The notes under the pieces were generated by a model. The model was not told where the DNA came from, did no database searches, and saw nothing but the letters and a program-made list of their open reading frames with translations. A program made the translations under genes and the position numbers. From assembly GCA_963850905.1 (NCBI GenBank), contig CAWKMU010000003.1, positions 1,504,001 to 1,568,000 of the forward strand: a stretch of 64,000 nt of DNA, given 5' to 3'. This document shows positions 38,520-48,302 of the stretch, in pieces (position 1 is the stretch's first letter; every line of letters begins with the position of its first letter). Source of the stretch: an uncultured Gemmatimonadales bacterium (GTDB lineage: Bacteria; Gemmatimonadota; Gemmatimonadetes; Gemmatimonadales; Gemmatimonadaceae).

Positions 38520-40123
38520 GGCTTGGCCCCGGCCGAAAGCGTCGCTCGCGGTGCCCGGGCGCTCAGATCATACAGTCGTGCCCACGCCCCCGTTGCGACG
38601 ATCGAGTCTCGTGGTTGTCCAATCGTCGACACGTAGTCGGCGAATGATGCTGGTGATTCGAACTGCGACCCCCACATGTAATGCGAGGCTATGATCCACA
38701 CGCGGGCGTAACCGCGGTACGCGTCCAAACGCGATCGAGCACAGCTGCCGGTATCCACTCTTGTCAGAGGGATACCGTAACGGTCAGCGTAGAATTGAAA
38801 CGGGACCTCCGCATTGCAGTAAACGTAGATGATGTCACCCGGCTGGCGTGCAACGGCGAGCTGCGCGACAACAGGGCGGAGATCCTCGTATACGCCTGTC
38901 GGATTGCGGGCAAACGACACGATCGGGGACACCAGCAGTGCCGAAAAGGCTGCGATTGTCAGCGCAGAGCCGAGTTTCCACGCGTCTCGGGCGAGACTGA
39001 TCGCCGACGCGATCGCAAGCACGATGAGCGGGGCAAGGAACAGCGCGAGGCGACCCTCTAACGGGTAGGCGTGTAGAGCCGACGCCCCAAGCGCAAAGAT
39101 CAATGGTAGAACCGCGGCAAGGCCCGCGGCACGGGATCGTCTGAGTAAGACCACGGCCCCGATCGCCCCAATCACTGCAACGAGCAGCGGCAGCGGCACC
39201 GCGACAAATTCAGCGACGAGGTCGCGGGCGAGCCGAGCGAGCCAGGTTGCATCGTGAAACGATCGAGGGCGAATGGGGAAGAACCCTGCGGCCCAGTACT
39301 AATGCATGCCCGCGATGAGCGATGAATCCGTCCGGCGTCGAACGTCGAGAATAGCGGCTCCTGCGCTTACGCCCCACGCTGCACCGAGGGTGAGCAAGCG
39401 CCATCGGTCGTCGCGCCGCTCGTGCCATCCGTGAACCACGGCGACAGCAGCTGTTGCGGCGAGCCCAAATACGGCCGTAAACGAGAGCCAAGGCGCGATC
39501 AATCCCCCGAGGGCAAGGGCGCCCCAACGAGTGCGGCTCGGGTGGTCGGCAACTAACACTATCGCTGCTAGTACGAGCACTACAGCCATGAAGACATCAA
39601 ACGCGTACGGTTTGACCTCCGCAGAGTAGTACACAAGCGGCGGTGCCACCGCGAAGAGCGCGACCGCTCCCACTGCGACCTCGGGAACCAAAAACTTTGC
39701 GAGTCGGGCAAACAGTACCAGAGCAGCCAGGCCGGCCAGGAGTGGCCAGAACCGGAGCGCAAGCTCGCTCGGTCCGAACATCGTCACGCTCAATCGCTCG
39801 AGCTCCACGAACCCGAGTGGTGCCATCTGCCAATAGTCCAAAGGATCGTGGGCGAGTTGAGTCGCGGAGTGCCGCACGAAGCTCTCGCTCAGGAATGCCT
39901 CGTCAAGCCAGAGGGAACGATCGCCGAAGTACTGCACCAAGCGCAGCACGATCCCAACTGTGACGGCCACGCCAATGAGACGCGACTGGTCGATCCATGG
40001 CCGTAGCCCGTTGGTTTGTGCCAACGGCCCCGATGTACGGGGGATCGCGATTGGAGGGTGCTCGTCCAGTACGTGCTTCGAGCCGGCAGGCAACGGTTGA
40101 CCGCTGCCGATCTCACCTGGCAT
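38516..40123 (-). pseudogene. GT-C membrane glycosyltransferase interrupted by one in-frame TAG (39299-39301)
   Basis: RSLWLDEA, SELALR, YSAEVKPYAFD; reads GMH*YWAAGFFP and continues in the same frame to YPLEGRLALF and EDLRPV. Confidence 0.8.
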
Positions 40124-40928
40124 TTGGTACCGCGCCGTCCCGAGAGCGGTAGCGCATTCTCAGACGCAGCAGATCAATGCCGGACCGAACGAAATCGAAG
40201 AATTTTACCTTTGAACCGCTCACGTCGCGCCATTCCCGAAGCGGGAGTTCTACGACCTCGTGTTCGGCATCAATGCCACAAAGACACTGCAACCGCGCGA
40301 GCATCTCCACGTCAAACGACCAGCGCGAGAGAAACGGAGATTCGAGCACGCGAGCCAGCGCAGAATCGACTCGGAAGAGCTTCGCCCCGCACTGGGTGTC
40401 GTAGACTGGAAGCCGCAGCGTGAGGGACGCAGCGGTTGCGAACACGCGTCCGGCGTAGTGCCGACGCGCGCGTCGGTCGATGGACCTGCCGAGGAGCCGG
40501 ACGCGCGCGCCAATGATCCAACGAAACTGGGGCGACGTCTCCATCACGGCCAGGAAGTCCTGCACGGCATGCAGTGGTGTGGCTAGGTCGGCATCCCAGA
40601 AGCCGGTGTAGCGGTACCCCGCGCGGACACATTCGAGCATGCCCGCTCGCACCGTCTCGCCTTTCCCCTGATTTCGCGGCTGCCGGAGCAGCGCGACGCG
40701 AGGTGCGAGCTCGGCGCTCAGTGATTCGATGAGTGCGACCGTTCCGTCCGTGCTGCCGTCATCGACGAACAGGAGATCCACGTCGGTCTGGGCCGTGATG
40801 AACGCCCGGATGCGCGGGGTGTCGAGTCGCGCGGCTTCGTTGTAGCAGGGGATGACGATACAGGTGCGCTCACCCAATGGTGACGGCGTGGCACGATCGG
40901 GTCCGGCCACTGCGTGACCGTCGGTCAT
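40113..40928 (-). CDS. GT2 polyprenol-phosphate glycosyltransferase (DPM/DPG synthase-like)
   Basis: VIPCYNEA.RL, FVDDGSTDGT, NQGKGE, FWDADLATP, YDTQCGAKLF, FDVE. Confidence 0.92.
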   Translation of the reverse strand: MTDGHAVAGPDRATPSPLGERTCIVIPCYNEAARLDTPRIRAFITAQTDVDLLFVDDGSTDGTVALIESLSAELAPRVALLRQPRNQGKGETVRAGMLECVRAGYRYTGFWDADLATPLHAVQDFLAVMETSPQFRWIIGARVRLLGRSIDRRARRHYAGRVFATAASLTLRLPVYDTQCGAKLFRVDSALARVLESPFLSRWSFDVEMLARLQCLCGIDAEHEVVELPLREWRDVSGSKVKFFDFVRSGIDLLRLRMRYRSRDGAVPNAR

Positions 40929-42790
40929 GACCTCTTGGGCCTCTCCACTCCTGGAATGCAGGGGCGCTGCTCGGCGGGGTGGCGCTCGTGCACCAGGTAC
41001 GCGACTGCGGAATCGCTGGGTGCGCCAGGCCGCTCGAGGGCTTCGGTCGCCAATCCGGAATCAGAGTCGATTCTTATCAAAGGCCAGCCGTTGTTGGCGA
41101 GGTGTGCCACGACGAGTCCCGAGTAGGAACACAACGGGCTCGACGCATCGCGGGGTGACGCACTGAGGTAGCCCCGTGCCTCGATGACCTGAAGGAAGTT
41201 GTATGTGTAAATGGCAAATCGGGGCGCACGGGGATCCAGGTATGCGGCCCGGTCCATGGGGAAGACGTACTCAATATCCGGGCGCTGTTGGTAGTGCAGG
41301 ATCGGCATGAAGTTGAGGAGGCTGGGCACGATGACGACGGCGTGCGGAGGTACCACCTTCTCGAGGCGAAGACCAGGGCGTTCGCCTGGATTGGCACTGT
41401 AGCCGGCCCAGATAGGGTATACGGCGAGCAGGGCAAACACGCTGGCCCAGACGGCCCGGAAGCGACGGTTCGATGGGGCGCGTGAGGCAGCGCTCTCGAT
41501 ATCATCGAACGCCGCGGTCGTGAGCTCCATCCCGTGTGCGAGGATGATGCTGATCCCGACCGCGGATGGCAGCATATACCGATCGACGAAGATCGGCATC
41601 ACCGCGTGCGACAGGAGGAACGCAGCGAAGGGCACACATACGATCGACGTGGCGACCACCAGCAACGGATCGTTCCTAGCCGCCGCGCGGAAACCACCCG
41701 CCCGGACGATCACAGACCCGAGTACCGCCAGCAGGATGACGAGCATGAGCAGACCACTGCTTTGCTTCAGGAGGTCACTCGTTGTTCCGCCGGTGTGTAG
41801 GAAGCGGAAGGGGAGCCAGCTGATGCCTGCTGCTGCAACCGCAATGCCGATGGCGGCGACGATGCGTTTTCGGTGCCCCGCGTCTACGATCCGACCCACT
41901 GTGGGACCACGCGTCGTGGCGAAGAAACCGCCGAGGGCAGACAGCAGGACGACCAGGATGACGACAATGGGCAGCCGGCGCATCGCGACGCCAAAGACTT
42001 CCATCAGGGCGCCCGGCGTCGGCGCCGTAAGCCACCCCTGGGGACGCGCCAGGTCAGCGGCACGTCGCAGGGACGGCAGCCACGGAATGAAGGTGGCCCA
42101 CCCCGCAAGGATCGCGGCATAGCTCGCCGGACGCCATCGACCGGCGCAGCGATCCGCGATGACCCAGGCGGCCAGGATCGCCGCGCTGTACATCGCCCCG
42201 TACACGTGTGTGTATACGAGCGCGGCGTGCGTCGCGAAGATCGCGGCCAGCAGCTTCCACGACGTTCGCTCGGGCGTGAGAACGGCACGAGCGTACAAGT
42301 ACGTCGCGAGCGCGACGAGGGCGGTGAGGAATCCGTAGAAGCGGGCTTCGGAGACGTGGTACAGCACGAGCGCCGACAGTGGGAACGCGACCAACGCGCC
42401 AACAGCGGTGGCCTGGAGCGAGTATCGGCGACGGAGTGTCAGCCAGACGAGGACGAGGGCGACGATCATCATCGCGCAGGAGGGCGCACGGAGCGCGAGC
42501 TCACTCTGGCCGGCTGCGCGCGCCCAGAGCCAGAGGAGTGTGTGGTAGAGCGGTGGCGCGCTTTCGCCGCCTGCGGCGATCGTGCCGATCATGTGTGAGA
42601 GCGACGGGTCCGCCACGAGGTTCGCGGAATTGACCTCGTCGTACCAGAAGAATTTTTTTCCGGACGTGAGCACCGAGCAGACTGCCAGCGACGTGGCGGT
42701 GATGCCGAGCAACGCCCAGTCACCCCGACTCCATTGGTCACGAGTCGGAGGAACCATCTCGTCGTGTGCAGCTTGTGGCGGGGTGGGCAT
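40925..42790 (-). CDS. GT-C membrane glycosyltransferase-like protein
   Basis: FWYDEV, PPLYH, SELALRAPS, SEARFYG, YTHVYG, FVDRYMLP. Confidence 0.78.
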   Translation of the reverse strand: MPTPPQAAHDEMVPPTRDQWSRGDWALLGITATSLAVCSVLTSGKKFFWYDEVNSANLVADPSLSHMIGTIAAGGESAPPLYHTLLWLWARAAGQSELALRAPSCAMMIVALVLVWLTLRRRYSLQATAVGALVAFPLSALVLYHVSEARFYGFLTALVALATYLYARAVLTPERTSWKLLAAIFATHAALVYTHVYGAMYSAAILAAWVIADRCAGRWRPASYAAILAGWATFIPWLPSLRRAADLARPQGWLTAPTPGALMEVFGVAMRRLPIVVILVVLLSALGGFFATTRGPTVGRIVDAGHRKRIVAAIGIAVAAAGISWLPFRFLHTGGTTSDLLKQSSGLLMLVILLAVLGSVIVRAGGFRAAARNDPLLVVATSIVCVPFAAFLLSHAVMPIFVDRYMLPSAVGISIILAHGMELTTAAFDDIESAASRAPSNRRFRAVWASVFALLAVYPIWAGYSANPGERPGLRLEKVVPPHAVVIVPSLLNFMPILHYQQRPDIEYVFPMDRAAYLDPRAPRFAIYTYNFLQVIEARGYLSASPRDASSPLCSYSGLVVAHLANNGWPLIRIDSDSGLATEALERPGAPSDSAVAYLVHERHPAEQRPCIPGVERPKRS

Positions 42791-43064
42791 GCTGACGTCA
42801 ATTGGCCGTGATTCCAGCCACTTGCAAGGTCTGTTGCAAGATGCCGGCCCGCGTCCAAAGCGTGGATCACACCTGTGGGGCTGCGCGGCCGCCCCTTACC
42901 AATTCATCAAACGACGCTATGTGTTTGCCGATGGTCACGCGACACGCAGCCGCGCACCAGCACCGAGGAAGCGGCGTGGTGCGCTCGCCTGGCGTACAGC
43001 TTCTAGCCGGCAAGGCCCGAGACCTGCAGCCAACGGCACTCGTGAAACGGTGTTCTCACTGACG

Positions 43065-43565
43065 ATGTCTCCTGCGTCACCGCGTCCGCTGCGCGTGCTT
43101 TTTCTGTGCACCGGAAATGCTGTTCGCAGCCAGATGGCTGAGGCGCTGCTCAACTACAAGGGGCGAGGGCGATTTCGGGCTGAGAGTGCCGGATCGACGC
43201 CGACGGCGTGCGTTCATCCGCGTACAGTCGAGACGTTGCGCCAAGGGGGCATCGACTGGGAAGGCCGAACGCCGCGAGCCGTGAAGGGGCTCGAGGGCGA
43301 ATGCTGGGATCTCGTGATAACGGTGTGCGATCGAGCAATGGAATGCTGCCCAGTGTTTGCTGGTCACGCGGTGATCGCGCATTGGGGCATGGACGCGCCG
43401 GTGGATGTACAGGGGCCGGAAGACGAGCAGCAGCGAGCTTTTCAGGCCGCATTGGCAACGCTCTCGCACCGGATAGACCGGTTGGTCGGATTGCCGATCG
43501 AGGGACTTGATCGTTCCGTCCTCGCGGAGCATTTGCAAGTGATCGGCACCGAGGAAGAGGGTTAG
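43065..43565 (+). CDS. arsC: Thioredoxin-type arsenate reductase (LMW-PTP fold)
   Basis: VLFLCTGNAVRSQMAE, SAGS, ITVCD....CP, HWG. Confidence 0.8.
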   Translation: MSPASPRPLRVLFLCTGNAVRSQMAEALLNYKGRGRFRAESAGSTPTACVHPRTVETLRQGGIDWEGRTPRAVKGLEGECWDLVITVCDRAMECCPVFAGHAVIAHWGMDAPVDVQGPEDEQQRAFQAALATLSHRIDRLVGLPIEGLDRSVLAEHLQVIGTEEEG

Positions 43566-43938
43566 TCTCGGTCGCTCGAACCTGACCGCCAACCCTCCCC
43601 CGGGGGCGCGCAATCATCGGCCCTCGCATCGTGGCGACTATTCGTCGGTTGTAGCGCTAGCGCCACAACTGCAATGAAATAGGCTAGGTCAGATCGCCCG
43701 CGCCGATCGTCGCGCTCCTTGGCTAACCGTGCACGGGTCGACTCGACAAGACGCGGTGCACGTCGGCCATATCAACAGGCAAGCGCTTTGCTGTATGTTA
43801 CATTCTCGTAACTGCGAGTTCAGCTATAGTCCGCGCCAAACGGGACGTAAGCCGCAGGCATAAAAAGGCTTAGGTCTCTCTTCAGTTTCGTAACGAAGTG
43901 ATGTTGCGCTTCGGGCAACGTAACGGCTACGGCGTCCC

Positions 43939-46863
43939 ATGCTGACAAAGCGACGAAAGACGAGACGTCAACTTGATGTCCAGCATCAAGTGTCAGCAGC
44001 ACGCGTGTACTGGATTACCGGATTGTCGGGCGCTGGCAAGACGACCGTTGGACGCGAGTTGGTGAAGCGCCTGCATGCGGCTGGTCGCCCAGTCATTTTC
44101 CTCGACGGCGATGCGTTGCGCGCGGCGATCGCGGAAGATCTCGGCCACACTGCTGCCAACCGCCGTCGATCGGCAATGCGCAACGCGCGGCTGTGCCACT
44201 TGCTTGCTGCACAGGGTACGGACGTCGTGTGCGCCACGATCTCGCTGTTGCACGAGGTCCAGCGGTGGAATCGGGAGAACATCCCCGGCTATCGGGAGAT
44301 CTACCTTCAGGTCCCGATGGAGGAGTTGCGGCGTCGGGATAGCAAGGGCATCTACGCCCGGGCCGAGTGTGGCGATGCGCGTGACGTCGTTGGTCTTGAC
44401 GTGCCCGCGGAGGCTCCGGAGGCGCCCGATCTGGTCCTCGACAATTATGGGGCGCTCGACGTTGTGACGGCGGTCGAGCGCATCTTGGCGGTATGCGGCA
44501 CGCCGAATGGCAAGCGTGCTGGAACGCCCCTGACGCGTGTCGTCGCGTTCAAAACGAAGGCAGAGTCGTTGGAAGCGCTGGCGCCCGTGCTGCGGAATGG
44601 GCGGGTCCTGCCACAAGTCCGATTCTCCGTTGCCGCCTGGCGCTCGGACGCCGCTGGCGTGTTGGCTTCGATCAATGCGGCGCCGTGGGGTTCGGGTTCC
44701 GTCATCGTGCGGAGCAGTGCACGGAGCGAGGACGGCGCCACGAGCTCTCAAGCCGGGAAGTACGATTCCCAACTCGGCGTCGCCGGCATCGAGGCAGTGG
44801 CACAGGCCATCGACCGGGTGGTTGCCTCGTTCGCAGACGAGGGCGATGACGACGACCAGATCTTCGTGCAGCCGATGCTCGACCGCGTCGCCATGGCCGG
44901 AGTGGCCTTCTCCCGCAATCCCAGTGGTGGCGCCTATTTCGTCATCAATTACGACGACCGTTCCGGGCTCACGGATCGCGTGACGGCCGGCGTCGGGTAC
45001 AATCTCGAAACTTTTTTCTGTCTCAAATCGCGTCCGGAGGCGTGCCCGGCTTCGCTGGTGCCGGTGATCGCGCTCGTGACCGAGCTCGAGAGTCTCCTAG
45101 CGTGCGACGCGATCGACGTGGAATTTGCGATCGGCGAAGACGGGCAGTTGTACCTGCTCCAAGTCCGCCCGCTCCTCGTGGACCGCCGGGGACAGGTGGC
45201 CGACAAGGAGATCGACGCCGCAGTCGCCGATGTCGCGCGCAAAGTCGAGCTCCTCAGCCGCCCGCACCCGTACCTGCACGGCAGCCGGACGATATTCGGG
45301 GTCATGCCGGACTGGAACCCTGCCGAAATCGTCGGAGTGCGGCCCTATCCCCTCTCGTTGTCGCTCTATCGCGAGCTGATCACCGACGCGATCTGGGCGT
45401 ATCAGCGTGACAACTACGGGTACAAGAACCTTCGCAGTTTCCCGTTGCTGGTGAGTTTTCACGGACTGCCGTACATCAATGTGCGTGTGAGCTTCAACTC
45501 GTTCATCCCACACGACGTCCCCGACGATCTCGCCGGCCGGCTGGCGAACTACTACATCGACCGACTCCTTGCCGAGCCGCATCTCCACGACAAGGTCGAA
45601 TTCGAGATCATCTTTTCCTGCTACACGCTCGATTTGCCGAAGCGAATCGCGACGCTCGCCGAGCACGGGTTCTCTTCGGACGACGTGGCCGAGCTCTCGA
45701 CCGCTTTGCGGCGTCTCACCAATCGGATCATACACGGCGACACCGCACTGTGGCGGCGGGATCGCGCCAAGATCGACCTATTGGCACAGCGTCTTCCGGT
45801 GATCTGCAACGCCGACATCGACAAGGTCGGCCGCATCTACTGGCTGATCGAAGACTGCAAGCGATACGGCACGCTACCCTTTGCGGGTCTCGCGCGGGCG
45901 GGTTTCGTCGCGGTCCAGCTGCTCCAATCGTTCGTCGACGTGGGCGTTTTTAGTGCCGATGAACGTGCGACATTCATGGCGAGCGTCGATACCGTCGGAT
46001 CGCGGATCGGGCACGACTTTGCGCGTCTTCCCAAGGCGGACTTCCTCGCGCGCTATGGCCACCTCCGGCCGGGCACGTACGACATCCTATCTCCCCGCTA
46101 CGACGAGGCACCCGACCTCTATTTCGACTGGTCGAGCGCGCGACCGACGTCGCCCCCGCCGCCTCGTTTCGCCCTGTCGATCGAGCAGCTGCGCCGCATC
46201 GAGCACCTGCTCAAGGAGCACGAGCTCGACATCGACGTCTTGAGCCTGATCGAGTTCATCAAGGCCGGCATCGAGGGTCGCGAATACGCGAAGTTCGTCT
46301 TCACGCGCAGTCTGAGCGACGCGCTGACGTTGATCAGGCGGCTGGGCGAGGATCATGGTCTGTCGGCGGAGGATTGCGCGTTTCTGAGTTACGATGCCAT
46401 CCGCACGCTCTATAGCGAGAGTTGCTCGGTGCGAGAGGCGTTGCTGGAGAGCGTCGCCCACGGCCGGGAGCGGCACGCGCTCACACGAAGTCTGGTACTG
46501 CCGCCCCTCATCGCGTCGGCAGAGGATGTGTTTGCCTTTCACCTGCCGCCGAGTCAGCCCAATTTCATTACGCGCAAGAGCGTTACCGCGCCGGTGGCGT
46601 CGCTCAGCGACCCTCCCGAAAGCTTCGCCGGACGCATTCTGTTCTTGCCGAGTGCAGATCCGGGCTTCGACTGGATCTTCACGCGTGGCATCAGCGGATT
46701 CGTCACGCAATTCGGCGGCGCCAACTCACATATGGCGATCCGCGCCAGTGAGCTCGGCATCCCTGCGGTGATCGGGGCCGGTGAGGCCATGTATCAGCCG
46801 TGGAGTGTCGCGCACACGCTGTGTCTGGACTGCACGAGCCAGAGGGTTTTGGTCATCGCATGA
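43939..46863 (+). CDS. Fusion of an APS-kinase-fold cytidine diphosphoramidate kinase (Cj1415-like) and an L-glutamine kinase (Cj1418-like)
   Basis: N-terminal WITGLSGAGKTT, LDGD, RRDSKGIY; then TKAESLE, IVRSSA..ED....S.AG, LLQVRP, GVMPDWNPAEI.G, HDKVEF, YGHLRPGTYDI, ADPGFDWIF, GGANSHMAIR; start may be GTG 43990. Confidence 0.85.
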   Translation: MLTKRRKTRRQLDVQHQVSAARVYWITGLSGAGKTTVGRELVKRLHAAGRPVIFLDGDALRAAIAEDLGHTAANRRRSAMRNARLCHLLAAQGTDVVCATISLLHEVQRWNRENIPGYREIYLQVPMEELRRRDSKGIYARAECGDARDVVGLDVPAEAPEAPDLVLDNYGALDVVTAVERILAVCGTPNGKRAGTPLTRVVAFKTKAESLEALAPVLRNGRVLPQVRFSVAAWRSDAAGVLASINAAPWGSGSVIVRSSARSEDGATSSQAGKYDSQLGVAGIEAVAQAIDRVVASFADEGDDDDQIFVQPMLDRVAMAGVAFSRNPSGGAYFVINYDDRSGLTDRVTAGVGYNLETFFCLKSRPEACPASLVPVIALVTELESLLACDAIDVEFAIGEDGQLYLLQVRPLLVDRRGQVADKEIDAAVADVARKVELLSRPHPYLHGSRTIFGVMPDWNPAEIVGVRPYPLSLSLYRELITDAIWAYQRDNYGYKNLRSFPLLVSFHGLPYINVRVSFNSFIPHDVPDDLAGRLANYYIDRLLAEPHLHDKVEFEIIFSCYTLDLPKRIATLAEHGFSSDDVAELSTALRRLTNRIIHGDTALWRRDRAKIDLLAQRLPVICNADIDKVGRIYWLIEDCKRYGTLPFAGLARAGFVAVQLLQSFVDVGVFSADERATFMASVDTVGSRIGHDFARLPKADFLARYGHLRPGTYDILSPRYDEAPDLYFDWSSARPTSPPPPRFALSIEQLRRIEHLLKEHELDIDVLSLIEFIKAGIEGREYAKFVFTRSLSDALTLIRRLGEDHGLSAEDCAFLSYDAIRTLYSESCSVREALLESVAHGRERHALTRSLVLPPLIASAEDVFAFHLPPSQPNFITRKSVTAPVASLSDPPESFAGRILFLPSADPGFDWIFTRGISGFVTQFGGANSHMAIRASELGIPAVIGAGEAMYQPWSVAHTLCLDCTSQRVLVIA

Positions 46864-47462
46864 AGGCCGTGGCCGTCACCCAGCGGGTAACGATCGTTCC
46901 AGCCTATGGCGAGCGCCGTGACTCTTTGGATCAAGCATGGACGAGGTTCTTGGCTGCCTGCGGACTGCTTCCCGTGTTGCTCCCGAATGTCACCGAGGTG
47001 GCGCTGGCCATGTGCGAGAGGGCGGGCATCGGCGGGTTGTTGTTGACCGGAGGTAACGACCTGGCGGTGCTTGGCGGCGATGCCCCGGAACGCGACGCCG
47101 TGGAAAGTGCCCTGCTCGATCTGGCCGAGCAGCGTCGCCTGCCGGTCTTGGGTGTCTGTCGCGGTATGCAAGTGATTCAGCAGCGGTTCGCGGTTCAACT
47201 ACGGCGCATCGAAGGGCATGTGGCGCAACGTCAGGTGATCCGAGTCGACGGCGACTCACGAGAGGTCAACAGCTACCATTGCTTTGGCGCAGTTGACTCG
47301 AAACCGCCGCTCAATGTCTGGGCGGTCGCGGACGACGGCGTCGTCAAGGCGATCCGACATTCGACCCGACCCGTGACCGGGATCATGTGGCACCCGGAGC
47401 GCGTGGTCCCGTTCGCGCCGGCGGACGTGCAGCTCGTCCGACAGGTGTTCGGAGTCACATGA
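46860..47462 (+). CDS. Gamma-glutamyl-CDP-amidate hydrolase (Cj1417-like, class I GATase / peptidase C26)
   Basis: ERRDSLDQAW, LTGGND, LGVCRGMQ, VNSYH, GIMWHPER; ATGA overlap with the upstream gene. Confidence 0.85.
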   Translation: MKAVAVTQRVTIVPAYGERRDSLDQAWTRFLAACGLLPVLLPNVTEVALAMCERAGIGGLLLTGGNDLAVLGGDAPERDAVESALLDLAEQRRLPVLGVCRGMQVIQQRFAVQLRRIEGHVAQRQVIRVDGDSREVNSYHCFGAVDSKPPLNVWAVADDGVVKAIRHSTRPVTGIMWHPERVVPFAPADVQLVRQVFGVT

Positions 47463-48238
47463 TCCGCGCCGTGATCCTCGCGGCCGGCCGCGGCAGCCGC
47501 ATGGGCCATCTGTGTGATGACCGTCCCAAGTGCCTGGTCGAGCTCGGAGGCAAACGGTTGATCGAACGCCAGATCGCTGCGCTGCGGCGCGGTGGCGTAG
47601 ACGAGATTGGCGTTGTCCGCGGCTACCGCGCAGAGATGATCACCAGTCCGAGTCTTTCCTATTTCGCCAACGACCAATGGGCCGAAACGAACATGGTGAT
47701 GTCACTGGCCACGGCCGCTCGCTGGCTGCGGTCAGGGCCGGTCATCGTGAGCTACGCGGACATTTTCTATCGTAGCGAGCTGGTACGCAGCCTGGTCGCG
47801 GCTCACGGGCGACTGGTCGTCACGTACGACCGAGACTGGCGCCGGCTGTGGACGCGTCGTTTCGCCGATCCTTTGGCCGATGCCGAAACTTTTCGGACCG
47901 ACGGCGAAGGCCGGTTGCTGGAGATCGGCGGCAAGACGTCGCGCATCGAGGAGATTGAGGGGCAGTACATGGGCCTCTTGAAATTCACTCCACCAGCGTG
48001 GAGTGCGGTCGAGGGCTTGCTTGGTGTGCTCGAGACGCCGATTCGCGATCGGCTCGATCTGACAGGACTGCTGCGCCGGCTGCTGGCGGCACGCGAGCTC
48101 CCAATAGGGGCGCTTTCCACCGATGGTCAATGGGGCGAAATCGACAATCCGGAAGACGTAGCGTTGTACCAGCGCATGGTCACTGCAGGCGAGCTCCGCC
48201 TCGAGGAGACGTCTGACAGTGAGGTGATGCCACAATAA
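47459..48238 (+). CDS. CTP:phosphoglutamine cytidylyltransferase (Cj1416-like, LicC family)
   Basis: VILAAGRGSRM, PKCLV, WAETNM, VSYADI, DPL.DAETF, GQYMGLLKF, GEIDNPED; ATGA overlap. Confidence 0.85.
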   Translation: MIRAVILAAGRGSRMGHLCDDRPKCLVELGGKRLIERQIAALRRGGVDEIGVVRGYRAEMITSPSLSYFANDQWAETNMVMSLATAARWLRSGPVIVSYADIFYRSELVRSLVAAHGRLVVTYDRDWRRLWTRRFADPLADAETFRTDGEGRLLEIGGKTSRIEEIEGQYMGLLKFTPPAWSAVEGLLGVLETPIRDRLDLTGLLRRLLAARELPIGALSTDGQWGEIDNPEDVALYQRMVTAGELRLEETSDSEVMPQ

Positions 48239-48302
48239 TGGCGATGCGTTCCGAGCCCACCGTGACAACTTCCGACCAGAGGGGTTGCCAGTGTCAGTAA
48301 CG

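Noticed and set aside
39299..39301. Pyrrolysine or stop-codon recoding
   Set aside because: TAG terminates many other genes in the window and no pyl genes are seen
43939..44500. cysC for sulfate assimilation
   Set aside because: Fused to a glutamine-kinase-like enzyme and followed by Cj1417/Cj1416-like genes, with no ATP sulfurylase nearby; the context favours a CDP-amidate kinase, though PAPS synthesis is not strictly excluded
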